Origin: Eledone cirrhosa
Lineage: Eukaryota
DNA length: 64,000 nucleotides
Reading direction: 5' to 3'
Assembly (NCBI GenBank): GCA_964016885.1
Contig: OZ024758.1
Coordinates: forward strand, 25,668,001 to 25,732,000
Of this stretch, positions 13,426 through 26,657 are shown in pieces (positions within the stretch are counted from its first letter, which is position 1; every line of letters begins with the position of its first letter). Position numbers and translations under genes: made by a program. The notes below the pieces were generated by a model. The model searched no databases. It was not told the origin of the DNA and worked only from the letters and a program-made list of their open reading frames with translations.

Positions 13426-14017
13426 TAAATACAATTAAAATGAAGAGATACTTTGAAATAATATGCCAAAAAAAAAAAATAATTGCTATATATTAAAATA
13501 AACACATAACATATTTTATATCATCTCCAATCACAAGTGTGTTTCTAGCAGTCAAATATTCATAGAAATATATAGACATGTGATACCTTCATCAGCAAAA
13601 CTGTAAAGAGAACCATGTAAGTATTTTACTATTTATATAGACACCACGGGGGCAAAAAACATTGATATAGAGAAACAGACAAAAGATGAAGAACACAATT
13701 ATGCTTATTTTCATCTGGAGTTGTTTTTGTTCAATTTTCACAAACCAGGTTCAAATATTAGAGAGCTGTTTGTGAAATGGAGAGCTCCGTGATTTAAAAC
13801 TTGAAAAAATACATATTTTATACCTGTGATACTTGATTTTCAAGTAAAAAAAAATCTTGAACTTACGAAGGGGAAAAAATATAACATACATTTCGTCAGA
13901 TATAAAATTCATTGATTTAGTTGTCATATATATATATATATATATACATATATATACATATATAGACTTTGCACTTTCCTGTTGACAAGTGTTTTTAGGC
14001 CTCATATCATGTTACCC

Positions 14018-14087
14018 TATTTTATCTGATGAGAACACAATTTTTGTCCCAGGATGATGTTGTTTTCGAAATGCGCATAATAAAATA
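14018..14087 (+). ncRNA. Type I hammerhead ribozyme motif (solo)
   Basis: Helix I TATTTTAT/ATAAAATA (8 bp, perfect). CTGATGA at 14026-14032. Stem II GAACACAA/TTGTTTTC. GAAA at 14068-14071. Palindrome ATGCGCAT. Predicted cut after A14079. Confidence 0.75.
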
Positions 14088-14120
14088 TATGGAACTTTTT
14101 TAACAATCTTTTAATTTCTT

Positions 14121-14175
<55 letters not shown>

Positions 14176-14179
<4 letters not shown>

Positions 14180-14344
14180 AAAATGTATCACCCCGATGGC
14201 AGAGCTCAAGCCGTTTCGACGGCTATTTCTTGAGCTCTGCCGTAGGGGTCAAACATTTTCCTATTACCCACTCTACTACCCTAAGCATTGAGTACTCTGG
14301 TGCATTATGGTCCCTCTGGTTCCTTACCACAAATCCTTCGTTTT
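14176..14344 (+). mobile_element. Fold-back element family carrying the 3' half of an HHR (other copies at 26655-26863 and 30341-30510)
   Basis: Inverted arms TAGGAAAATG...GAGCTCAAG / CTTGAGCTC...CATTTTCCTA plus a shared tail. Flanked by (TA)n. Confidence 0.7.
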
Positions 14345-15189
14345 ATATATATATATATATATATATACATACATACACATATACACACACACTGTACTAC
14401 TTTTCAACAAAATGAATTTTCATCAACCATTTTATCGAAATATAATATGAAGATAGAAATTCAAACAAAATATTTATTTTAAAAAAACAACAATAACAAC
14501 ACTTTCATAATTTCAATACAATCTTTTACCAAACAAGCTTCTGTTATAAATAGTAGTATGGACATGGTTTAGCATCAAAGACACCTTAACAAGACATGGA
14601 ATAAATCCAATAGCGTTGCCAAAATGGTAATAAGATTTCACAAGGAAATGAGAGAAAAAATTTTTTACATAAAAAAACCAACACAGAAAACCCCATAAAT
14701 TATTCTTACATGAAGCATGTCTTCCATATCCAATATCTTGATGAGATAATATACAACGCATTTAAAAAAGAAAATCAGCGCAAGGAATTCCAAAGTGAAC
14801 TACTAAATAGAAACAGAACCACACGGTAAGTAGGAAAATAACATTACATGTACAAAATCAGTCACTCTCCAAGAGGTTTGCAGTTGAGCCTATGGCAGTG
14901 GAGACTTCTGGTGTCATGTGAGCCTTACGACCTGGAATGGCTCTTCCAGCACATCTCACAAATTATCCTCCGGAGAAAAGCCTTCTCTATTCTGTCTGGT
15001 GGGGCTGCCAGCGCGTGGAGCCAATTTGCTTACAATAGTGAGAGATGGGGAGAGCGGGAGAGATGGAGGCAGTGACAGTGGGAGTTTAGTTTCATTGTGT
15101 TCGGACACTCCATTTAAATAATTAAAGAAATTTACCAATTTAATACTTATGCTTTATTTTTCAATGACATTTAATGTTTATAAAATACA

Positions 15190-15652
15190 CACTGGACAAT
15201 GTCACTGGACCGAGACCTTTGGCGGTACTCAGTAACAAAGACCCGCCTTACCTAAATACATAGTAAAACCTACTACAGCCAGTAGGCATCTCTAACAAAA
15301 TACACCCCGTCCCACCACCACCACCCCCACCCCATCCACACCACCCCGTTCTATGTAAAGTTATGTTGGTGCCGCGCCATCCAGGCCGAAACAAATGAGA
15401 TCGTGTAGGTGTCACGACAAAAAAACACACAGTCCACGCTGTAAAGTGGCCGTGTAGGCAACATGGTAAAAACCTCCCAGACCCACACTGTAAATGTGGT
15501 TGGTGTTAGGAAGGGCATCCAACTGTAGAAAACCTGCCAGACAGTCCTATGCGAGCAAGACAATCACTCTTGCCTCAAGTGGGACTACCCCCGTCCAAAC
15601 CCATGCAAGCGTGGAACACGGACGTTAAACGTTGATGATGATGATGATGATG
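15190..15652 (+). mobile_element. RTE LINE 3' UTR fragment with (GAT)n tail (another at 53440-53830)
   Basis: Near-identical to 59410-59840. Confidence 0.85.
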
Positions 15653-16455
15653 ACACTAAAACATGAAACACAGTGGAAAGAAACTCTTGGGAGAGCTGGA
15701 CAGTAGAAAGTCTTCAGAGAAGAAACTCCCCTCAAGCAAGTGTTTTGGCCCTTAAACTTCACAAAGAAATGAAAGAAAAAGATTGATTTTTAAATGATAA
15801 ACCAACACAGAAAACCTGGAGATTATTCTTATATGAGGTATATGTTCCTCACATACAAGTAACAAAGTAAAACAAAAACAAAATGAACTTCTAAGCACAA
15901 ACAAAGTAAATATGGATGGAATAACCTTGAAATAAACCTTAAAACACACCACCACACCATTGAAGAAACCAATCAGTTATGGCCGAAAATAATTTTATCA
16001 CACTCACAAAAAAAATAAGAAAAAAAATGAGACTAAACTGAACAAATGAAAACAAGACCACCCAGAACTGCTAACCCACTTTTCTTTAATTTTTAACTCC
16101 ATCTTTGAGGTTTAATCTAAAGCAATTATATCTGTATACACTGTTACTCTATCCCTACTGCAGCTCACCCCACCCCATCCCTTTTCCATTATTCAATCAT
16201 TAACATGATATCCAATTACACTGTTCTTTAGTTTTTTATTCACATCATAAATTCATTTTCTCAGTCAGCCATCAATGCCATCAGACAGTTATGCAATAAA
16301 TATTTCATTTCTACCTGGCTTACATTTTATTTCATTTACAGATTTGCAATATTGTAGTATGAGTAATACAAATAAGTTTGTTAAAAGCTTTTTGCCAACT
16401 TATTATTGCTATGTGGCAAGTTATATTTTGCATATGTTCTAACATATACATTCTA

Positions 16456-16629
16456 CAGATCTGTCAACTCTCCCCATCTGACAGGGGTGGGTGAGAGATG
16501 TCTTCTCTTGTGAAAATGGGTATAGCTTTCATTACGTAAAATCTCCCCATTTTGCCTCATTTCTCCCCATTTTGTGGCACTTTTTTCCATGGTATTCCCC
16601 GTTTGGGTTTTTAGAGGTTGGCAGGTCTG
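16456..16629. mobile_element. MITE with imperfect 13-bp TIRs and apparent 6-bp target duplication
   Basis: Ends CAGATCTGTCAAC ... GTTGGCAGGTCTG, with ATTCTA on both sides. Confidence 0.6.
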
Positions 16630-17061
16630 ATTCTAGAAATTTTGAAAGTTGATATCTTCCACATCAAATAAGTTCAATCACCTTAATTTCAATATAATCC
16701 ATGAAAGCTTCAAGCAGATGTCCATCTTCAGCATCAAATTTCCAATAATTTTTTCAAATCTTTGTGCAACATCAATATAAGCTTTAAAAGATTTTACAGC
16801 AACAACAGTGGACGTTAAATCAACAACAACGAAGGACACTTTGTTAAAAATCAACCTAAAATATCTGCTGTAAGTTCTTTGGGAAAGGATACTTCAAATT
16901 TATATAACTCCTTAAATTCATATAACCCAGTCTGAAGTTTTGAAGTCCACAAAATATCAAATCATAAACAACAAACTTGACCCCACACCCACCCACCACA
17001 CACACACATAAAAAACCAAAATTAAATTAAGGATGTCATGTCTGAGAAACATGCTCCATAC

Positions 17062-17131
<70 letters not shown>

Positions 17132-17545
17132 GATTTATATATATATATATATGAATATATATATATTCTCTAAAATTATTTTATGAAAAGTTGAAAAGCT
17201 GTTTTTATAAAAAGTCTAAAAAGTCACTTCAATGAAAAGTCATAAAACGAAAGACCTCACAAACACACCATTACACTAATATAATTTATTTTGATAGCAA
17301 GCAACAGTTGGGGGGGGGGGGTTGTGATTTATGGTATATTAAATGTAGCATTCTACATCTAAGCCACATTTACCATAATAGTATAACCAGTAAAGATATA
17401 TTCTGTCTATAAAAATTAGTTGTCGCCTTTGCTCTAGCTGTTTTCAATCAATTAGTCGTAAATAAAAATCATATGGTTATTTCATTTCCATAAAAATAGG
17501 TTTATTCCTCTTACCACTGTTAAGTGGTTGTGTTGGTGACATGAC

Positions 17546-20500
17546 AAAAAGTGCCCAGTCGATACTGTAAAGTGGTCATGTTAGCAACACAACAAAAAGT
17601 GCCTGGTCAACACTGTAAAGTGGTCATGTTAACGACACAACAAAAAGTGCCTGGTCAACACCGTAAAGTGGTCATGTTAGCGACACAACAAAAAGTGCCT
17701 GGTCAACACTGTAAAGTGGTCATGTTAGCGACACAACAAAAAGTGCCTGGTCAACACTGTAAAGTGGTCATGTTATCGACACAACAAAAAGTGCCTGGTC
17801 AACACCGTAAAGTGGTCATGTTAGCGACACAACAAAAAGTGCCTGGTCAACACTGTAAAGTGGTCATGTTAGCGACACAACAAAAAGTGCCTGGTCAACA
17901 CTGTAAAGTGGTCATGTTAACGACACAACAAAAAGTGCCTGGTCAACACCGTAAAGTGGTCATGTTAGCGACACAACAAAAAGTGCCTGGTCAACACTGT
18001 AAAGTGGTTATGTTAGCGACACAACAAAAAGTGCCTGGTCAACACTGTAAAGTGGTTATGTTAGCGACACAACAAAAAGTGCCTGGTCAACACTGTAAAG
18101 TGGTCATGTTAGCGACACAACAAAAAGTGCCTGGTCAACACTGTAAAGTGGTCATGTTAACGACACAACAAAAAGTGCCTGGTCAACACTGTAAAGTGGT
18201 CATGTTAGCGACACAACAAAAAGTGCCTGGTCAACACTGTAAAGTGGTCATGTTAGCGACACAACAAAAAGTGCCTGGTCAACACTGTAAAGTGGTCATG
18301 TTAGCAACACAACAAAAAGTGCCTGGTCAACACTGTAAAGTGGTCATGTTAGAGACACGACAAAAAGTGCCTGGTCAACACTGTAAAGTGGTCATGTTAG
18401 CGACACAACAAAAAGTGCCTGGTCAACACTGTAAAGTGGTCATGTTAGCAACACGACAAAAAGTGCCTGGTCAACACTGTAAAGTGGTCATGTTAGAGAC
18501 ACAACAAAAAGTGCCTGGTCAACACTGTAAAGTGGTCATGTTAACGACACAACAAAAAGTGCCTGGTCAACACTGTAAAGTGGTCATGTTAACGACACAA
18601 CAAAAAGTGCCTGGTCAACACTGTAAAGTGGTCATGTTAACGACACAACAAAAAGTGCCTGGTCAACACTGTAAAGTGGTCATGTTAACGACACAACAAA
18701 AAGTGCCTGGTCAACACTGTAAAGTGGTCATGTTAACGACACAACAAAAAGTGCCTGGTCAACACTGTAAAGTGGTTATGTTAACGACACAACAAAAAGT
18801 GCCTGGTCAACACTGTAAAGTGGTCATGTTAACGATACAACAAAAAGTGCCTGGTCTACACTGTAAAGTGGTCATGTTAACGATACAACAAAAAGTGCCT
18901 GGTCAACACTGTAAAGTGGTCATGTTAACGACACAACAAAAAGTGCCTGGTCTACACTGTAAAGTGGTCATGTTAACGACACAACAAAAAGTGCCTGGTC
19001 AACACTGTAAAGTGGTCATGTTAGCAACACAACAAAAAGTGCCTGGTCAACACTGTAAAGTGGTCATGTTAGTGACACAACAAAAAGTGCCTGGTCAACA
19101 CTGTAAAGTGGTCATGTTAACGATACAACAAAAAGTGCCTGGTCTACACTGTAAAGTGGTCATGTTAGCAACACAACAAAAAGTGCCTGGTCAACACTGT
19201 AAAGTGGTCATGTTAGCAACACAACAAAAAGTGCCTGGTCAACACTGTAAAGTGGTTATGTTAACGATACAACAAAAAGTGCCTGGTCTACACTGTAAAG
19301 TGGTCATGTTAGCAACACAACAAAAAGTGCCTGGTCAACACTGTAAAGTGGTCATGTTAGCAACACAACAAAAAGTGCCTGGTCAACACTGTAAAGTGGT
19401 CATGTTAACGATACAACAAAAAGTGCCTGGTCTACACTGTAAAGTGGTCATGTTAGCAACACAACAAAAAGTGCCTGGTCAACACTGTAAAGTGGTCATG
19501 TTAGCAACACAACAAAAAGTGCCTGGTCAACACTGTAAAGTGGTTATGTTAACGATACAACAAAAAGTGCCTGGTCTACACTGTAAAGTGGTCATGTTAG
19601 CAACACAACAAAAAGTGCCTGGTCAACACTGTAAAGTGGTCATGTTAGCAACACAACAAAAAGTGCCTGGTCAACACTGTAAAGTGGTCATGTTAACGAT
19701 ACAACAAAAAGTGCCTGGTCTACACTGTAAAGTGGTCATGTTAGCAACACAACAAAAAGTGCCTGGTCAACACTGTAAAGTGGTCATGTTAGCAACACAA
19801 CAAAAAGTGCCTGGTCAACACTGTAAAGTGGTTATGTTAGCGACACAACAAAAAGTGCCTGGTCAACACTGTAAAGTGGTCATGTTAGCAACACAACAAA
19901 AAGTGCCTGGTCAACACTGTAAAGTGGTCATGTTAGAGACACGACAAAAAGTGCCTGGTCAACACTGTAAAGTGGTCATGTTAGCGACACAACAAAAAGT
20001 GCCTGGTCAACACTGTAAAGTGGTCATGTTAGTGACACAACAAAAAGTGCCTGGTCAACACTGTAAAGTGGTCATGTTAACGACACAACAAAAAGTGCCT
20101 GGTCTACACTGTAAAGTGGTCATGTTAGCGACACAACAAAAAGTGCCTGGTCAACACTGTAAAGTGGTTATGTTAGCGACACAACAAAAAGTGCCTGGTC
20201 AACACTGTAAAGTGGTCATGTTAGCAACACAACAAAAAGTGCCTGGTCAACACTGTAAAGTGGTCATGTAAGCGACACAACAAAAAGTGCCTGGTCAACA
20301 CTGTAAAGTGGTCATGTTAGTGACACAACAAAAAGTGCCTGGTCAACACTGTAAAGTGGTCATGTTAACGACACAACAAAAAGTGCCTGGTCTACACTGT
20401 AAAGTGGTCATGTTAGCGACACAACAAAAAGTGCCTGGTCAACACTGTAAAGTGGTTATGTTAGCGACACAACAAAAAGTGCCTGGTCAACACTGTAAAG

Positions 20501-20991
20501 TGGTCATGTTAGCAACACAACAAAAAGTGCCTGGTCAACACTGTAAAGTGGTCATGTAAGCGACACAACAAAAAGTGCCTGGTCAACACTGTAAAGTGGT
20601 CATGTTAGTGACACAACAAAAAGTGCCTGGTCAACACTGTAAAGTGGTCATGTTAACGACACAACAAAAAGTGCCTGGTCTACACTGTAAAGTGGTCATG
20701 TTAGCGACACAACAAAAAGTGCCTGGTCAACACTGTAAAGTGGTTATGTTAGCGACACAACAAAAAGTGCCTGGTCAACACTGTAAAGTGGTCATGTTAG
20801 CAACACAACAAAAAGTGCCTGGTCAACACTGTAAAGTGGTCATGTAAGCGACACAACAAAAAGTGCCTGGTCAACACTGTAAAGTGGTCATGTTAACGAC
20901 ACAACAAAAAGTGCCTGGTCAACACTGTAAAGTGGTTATGTTAACGATACAACAAAAAGTGCCTGGTCAACACTGTAAAGTGGTCATGTTA
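17546..20991. repeat. 48-bp satellite, ~72 copies, with higher-order structure
   Basis: Unit AAAAAGTGCCTGGTCAACACTGTAAAGTGGTCATGTTAGCGACACAAC. A variant TAA recurs every 288 bp (ORF ends at 20271, 20559, 20847). Confidence 0.97.
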
Positions 20992-21408
20992 TATAATCCC
21001 AGTAAAAGGAAGCCACAGTAGAGGAAGACCAAGGAAGACCTGCATGGAAATGGTGAGATCTGTTCTCAGATCGCTAAAGCTCACAGAGGAGATGACAAAG
21101 AAATGCAAAAAGTGGAGAGATGCTGATTCAGAAGCACCCATCTAACCCATGCAAGCTTGGAACAACAGACATTTGATGATGATGATGATGAATATATATA
21201 CTGTATATGCTAACATCCTCATCATATGGATGATGACGATGAATATATATATATATATCATCATCATCATCATCATCATCATCACTGTTTTACGTCCATT
21301 CTTCCACGCTAGCATGGGTTAGATGGATTGTCCTGTTGTGAGCAGTGTCTGGTCGGCTGACCTTGTCTTGCTCATACGGGAACTGATTCTGGCTTATATA
21401 TATATATA

Positions 21409-22280
21409 TGGAGGCAAATGGCTTCGTGGTTAGAGCATTGGCCTTGTAATCGAAAGGTTGGGAGTTCAATTCTCAGACCGGGTGATGTGTTGTTTCCTTG
21501 AGCAAGACACTTTATTTCACATTGCTCCAGTTTACTCAGCTGTAGAAATGAGATGATAGGGACTGGGGTCCCTATCATTCCACTGCAAAGTGGTCATGGA
21601 AGTGCCACGGCAAAAAAGCACCCAGCCCACACTGTAAAGTGGATGTGTAGGCGCCACAGAAAAAAAGCACCCAGCACTCACTGTAAATGAGGTTGGTGTT
21701 AGGAAGGGCATCCAGCTGTAGAAATCAAGCCAGAATCAGTTCCCATCCCACCCTTGCAAGCAGGGAAAAAGCGGACGTAAAATGAAATGATGATGAAATG
21801 AACTGATTCTGGCTTATATATATATATATATATATATGGGTTAGATGGATTGTCCTGTTGTGAGCAGTGTCTGGTCGGCTGACCTTGTCTTGCTCATACG
21901 GGAACTGATTCTGGCTTATATATATATATATGGAGGCACATGGCTTAGTGGTTAGAGCATTGGCCTTGCAATCAAAAGGTTGTGAGTTCAATTCTCAGAC
22001 CGGGCGATGTGTTGTTTCCTTGAGCAAGACACTTTATTTCACATTGCTCCAGTTTACTCAGCTGTAGAAATGAGATGATAGGGACTGGGGTCCCTATCAT
22101 TCCACTGTAAAGTGGTCGTGGAGGTGCCACGGCAAAAAAGCACCCAGCACTCACTGTAAATGAGGTTGGTGTTAGGAAGGGCATCCAGCTGTAGAAATCA
22201 AGCCAGAATCAGTTCCCGTCCCACCCTTGCAAGCAGGGAAAAGCGGACGTAAAATGAAATGAAAAATGAAATGAATGAAA
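21409..22280 (+). mobile_element. Two tandem family-B SINEs (tRNA head, core, RTE-type 3' tail), duplicated with upstream flank; other copies at 29566-29910, 10822-11085, 7565-7830
   Basis: Head GGAGGCACATGGCTTAGTGGTTAGAGC...GAGTTCAATTC. Tail CACTGTAAATGAGGTTGGTGTTAGGAAGGGCATCCAGCTGTAG shared with the RTE 3' UTR. Flank 21315-21400 is repeated at 21836-21925. Confidence 0.85.
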
Positions 22281-23656
22281 TATATATGATCACTCTTTAA
22301 AGGAAGAGTATCCAATTGTAGAAACTGTGCCAAACTAGAGCATATGAGCTGGACTTGGGCATAGAACCAGCCAGTTTTTAAAATGTGACAACCTGTCCAA
22401 CCCATGCCAGTGTGCAAAATAGATGTAAGATCGTGAAGTGATGATATATATATATATATACACACAAATACACACACACATATATATACACTCATATATA
22501 TATATATACATATATGTGTGTGTGCACACAAGTGTATGTGTAGTACACTTTATAAAGTGATTGGTGTTACAAAGGGTACTCTATCATATGAAGCAGGCAT
22601 GTCAAACATGTAACCCTTTACAAGTACATCTGCAGCCCGCACAAAGGTTTTTACAGTGCGAGCATGTTTTATCTTTGTGCAATTAGTTTTAATGTGCACA
22701 ATTAGTTGTCGTGTGTATAACACATATTTGACCCTCAAATAACACATATGTGACCCTCAAATAACACATATGTGACATAGGAAACCCACGTGTCAAAACC
22801 TGCCTGATATAAACCATACCAAAAATAGAATGAATGTACAAGACTCTACCCTCTGACCAACCTACCTAATCTATGCCACAATGGAAAGTGGACCAATCTG
22901 GTAGTAACTTCAAATAAACACTTGGCCTATAACAACCTACCTAATCTATCCCACCATGGAAAGTGGACATAAGACAAAGACGATGACATTGATATATTTT
23001 AGAATTATCAGTAACCGCAGACTTCTTATTTTTTCATAAACAGAAACTAACGAAGCAACAAGACAATAAGAGCAGCAGTTTTCAGGATATATTCCAGTCC
23101 ATTTATGATGGAATAAATTATAAAGAATCCTTAATATAATACCATTATTGCTTTTGCAATAGAAATGTGCAAACATAAGTATGTGTAATTAATTTAGACC
23201 ATTACAGATGGAACTATGTATATGGTTAAACATGTCTAAAGTCTAAAGTCTGTCTTAAGCCAGAGGGCTCATTTGGCCGGTGCTTATCCCGGTTTCATGG
23301 CGTGAAGCAACTGAGAGTACAAGGCTTTCCCCTGGACAGGACGCCAGTCCATCTCAGGATTAAACCCTCAGCTATTACTGGTACTCATTTTCAGCTAAGT
23401 ATACTGGAGTATAACGTAAAATGAAGTGTTTTTCTCAAGAAGACAACACGTAACCCAGCAATTGAACCCACAACATTATAATAGTAAGTGCAACACTCTT
23501 ACCACTAGGCCACGTGCCTCCACTGGTTAAACATGACAATTATATAATGTGTGGTTAATGTAGATATGAAAAATTAAACCCTTGAAGATCTAAGACTTAT
23601 TTCACACTTATTTTTTTCAAGATAAGAGATTGTCACAATTTACAGAAAGTTAGTTT

Positions 23657-23881
23657 TTAACCCTTTAGCATTCACAATACTCTATATTTACTATTGTTTT
23701 TTTTTTCAGAGAAAAAGCTTTACTTCACATAAATATCTCACATAATATCAAATCTATGAGATTTTGATAGTATTTATTTTGAGACCAATACCTTAAAGTT
23801 AGTATGAGGGGCCAGTTATAGCCGGTTTGAACAGAAAGAGGTGAGAGAATTCTGGCCGGTTTGAACATAAAAAAGGGTTAA
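23657..23881. mobile_element. piggyBac-like MITE (other copies ~6330-6516, 7050-7259, 34865-35079, 36981-37188, 40406-40617, 62693-62917)
   Basis: TTAA|CCCTTTAGCATT ... AAAGGG|TTAA ends. Shared internal GAGATTTTGATGTTATTTATTTTGAGAACAATACCTTAAC. Confidence 0.75.
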
Positions 23882-24786
23882 AAGATATAAGATGTTAGAT
23901 TTTGTGACAACAATGTTCTGTTAGTATTGTAAGAGAGGCAGATAGGATGTCTTGCTGTTTGGTGTATTTCAAGCTTAAATTTCATCTCCTGTCACTTTTC
24001 CTAGAATATCCAAGAGCATGCCAGTAACTGGTTTAAGGGAAACACAGTGTGTGTGTTTGTGTGAGTATGTGTGTGTCTGTGCGTGTGTTTGTGTAAGTGT
24101 TTGTGTGTGTCTTAGTGTAAGTGTGTGTCTGTGTAAGTGTGTATGTGTCTGTGTGTTTGTATAAGTGTGTGTGTATAAGTGTGTGTGTGTAAGTGTGTGT
24201 CTGTGTGTGGTGTTTGTGTAAGTGTGTGTGTGTCTGTGTGTGTGTTTGTGTAAGTGTGTTTGTGTTTGTGTAAGTGTGTGTGTGTGTTTGTGTAAGTGTG
24301 TGTGTGCGTGTATGTTAGTGTTTTATATCTGTTTTCCTATGCTTGCATGAGTCTGCTCTCAATACATACATACACACACAGACACACACACACATATACA
24401 CACACACATTTCCCAGTACATCTTTCAATATATCTTCAGGTACACAATGCTCAATACTCTAAAGTAGAGCCAAGATTATGCAATCTAATATACATGCAAG
24501 GATACACACACAAAATACATCAAAACATTAATATAATCTATTGATTTCTAATTTATGCACAAGGCCAGCAAATTTGAGGAAGGGTATAGTTGATTAAATC
24601 AACCCTAGTATTTGACTGGTACTTTATTTTATTGTCCTTAGAAGGGTGAAAGAGAGAGCTGACCGTAACAGAGTTTGAAATCAGAATGTAAAAAAAAAAC
24701 AGATCATATACCACAATGGCATTTTATTGGACACTCTACCAATTCTGCCAACCCCAACTCTAGTATTATTATTATATATATATATA

Positions 24787-25017
24787 TTTCGAACGTTCAA
24801 CTATCTGGCAGACGGGTAAACGGTGCTGATGATAGCTAACAAGCTTGAAACTAGTACATCGTTCCTGTGTCAGTGTTGAACAAAAAGGTGACGTGGTTGC
24901 CTTAACACCGTATGGCATAAATTCAGGCTGTTCAGTTTGTTTACAAACGAACAAAGCGACGTTAGAGCCGCTAAACTGATACGTGCATATATGTATGTGT
25001 ACCTGTATGCATATGTA

Positions 25018-25063
<46 letters not shown>

Positions 25064-25499
25064 CATGCTACTGTACGTCTGTATACATATATGTATGTAC
25101 GTATACATGCATACTTACATTTAAGTAAGTGCCATACTAAGAGTGAGAAATGAAATTTCGTTTTCATTTTGTTTCAATTTATCGTTTTCGGTATGCCTAA
25201 CCGATTTAACTCACTCAATATGCAAATTAGGCTGCTCAGCCGTTAATTTTCATAAGGAAAGTATATACTTTCGAACGTTCAACTATCTGGCAGACGGGTA
25301 AACGGTGCTGATGATAGCTAACAAGCTTGAAACTAGTACATCGTTCCTGTGTCAGTGTTGAACAAAAAGGTGACGTGGTTGCCTTAACACCGTATGGCAT
25401 AAATTCAGGCTGTTCAGTTTGTTTACAAACGAACAAAGCGACGTTAGAGCCGCTAAACTGATACGTGCATATATGTATGTGTACCTGTATGCATATGTA

Positions 25500-25543
<44 letters not shown>

Positions 25544-25979
25544 CATGCTACTGTACGTCTGTATACATATATGTATGTACGTATACATGCATACTTACAT
25601 TTAAGTAAGTGCCATACTAAGAGTGAGAAATGAAATTTCGTTTTCATTTTGTTTCAATTTATCGTTTTCGGTATGCCTAACCGATTTAACTCACTCAATA
25701 TGCAAATTAGGCTGCTCAGCCGTTAATTTTCATAAGGAAAGTATATACTTTCGAACGTTCAACTATCTGGCAGACGGGTAAACGGTGCTGATGATAGCTA
25801 ACAAGCTTGAAACTAGTACATCGTTCCTGTGTCAGTGTTGAACAAAAAGGTGACGTGGTTGCCTTAACACCGTATGGCATAAATTCAGGCTGTTCAGTTT
25901 GTTTACAAACGAACAAAGCGACGTTAGAGCCGCTAAACTGATACGTGCATATATGTATGTGTACCTGTATGCATATGTA

Positions 25980-26025
<46 letters not shown>

Positions 26026-26461
26026 CATGCTACTGTACGTCTGTATACATATATGTATGTACGTATACATGCATACTTACATTTAAGTAAGTGCCATACT
26101 AAGAGTGAGAAATGAAATTTCGTTTTCATTTTGTTTCAATTTATCGTTTTCGGTATGCCTAACCGATTTAACTCACTCAATATGCAAATTAGGCTGCTCA
26201 GCCGTTAATTTTCATAAGGAAAGTATATACTTTCGAACGTTCAACTATCTGGCAGACGGGTAAACGGTGCTGATGATAGCTAACAAGCTTGAAACTAGTA
26301 CATCGTTCCTGTGTCAGTGTTGAACAAAAAGGTGACGTGGTTGCCTTAACACCGTATGGCATAAATTCAGGCTGTTCAGTTTGTTTACAAACGAACAAAG
26401 CGACGTTAGAGCCGCTAAACTGATACGTGCATATATGTATGTGTACCTGTATGCATATGTA

Positions 26462-26507
<46 letters not shown>

Positions 26508-26623
26508 CATGCTACTGTACGTCTGTATACATATATGTATGTACGTATACATGCATACTTACATTTAAGTAAGTGCCATACTAAGAGTGAGAAATGAAAT
26601 TTCGTTTTCATTTTGTTTCAATT

Positions 26624-26626
<3 letters not shown>
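24787..26626 (+). repeat. ~480-bp tandem array, one hammerhead ribozyme per unit (retrozyme-like), 4 HHRs
   Basis: CTGATGA at 24826, 25308, 25788 and 26270. Units differ mainly in internal (TA)n length. Flanked by (TA)n. Confidence 0.9.
24795..24880 (+). ncRNA. Type I hammerhead ribozyme of the 480-bp family (first copy)
   Basis: AACGGTG-CTGATGA-T AGC TAACAA GCT T-GAAA-CTAG-TA^CATCGTT. Palindrome ACTAGT. Helix I is extended by CGGG/CCTG, CTGGCA/TGTCAG and GTTCAAC/GTTGAAC. Predicted cut after A24856. Confidence 0.85.

Positions 26627-26657
<31 letters not shown>

Noticed and set aside
17551-20271. 906-aa repetitive ORF as a real protein
   Set aside because: It is the translation of a 48-bp satellite whose length is a multiple of 3. 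There is no unique N- or C-terminus, and stops are propagated by the higher-order repeat.
24772-26611. Tandem 131-137 aa minus-strand genes
   Set aside because: The frame depends on the variable (TA)n length and breaks in one unit. The conserved feature is the plus-strand RNA structure.
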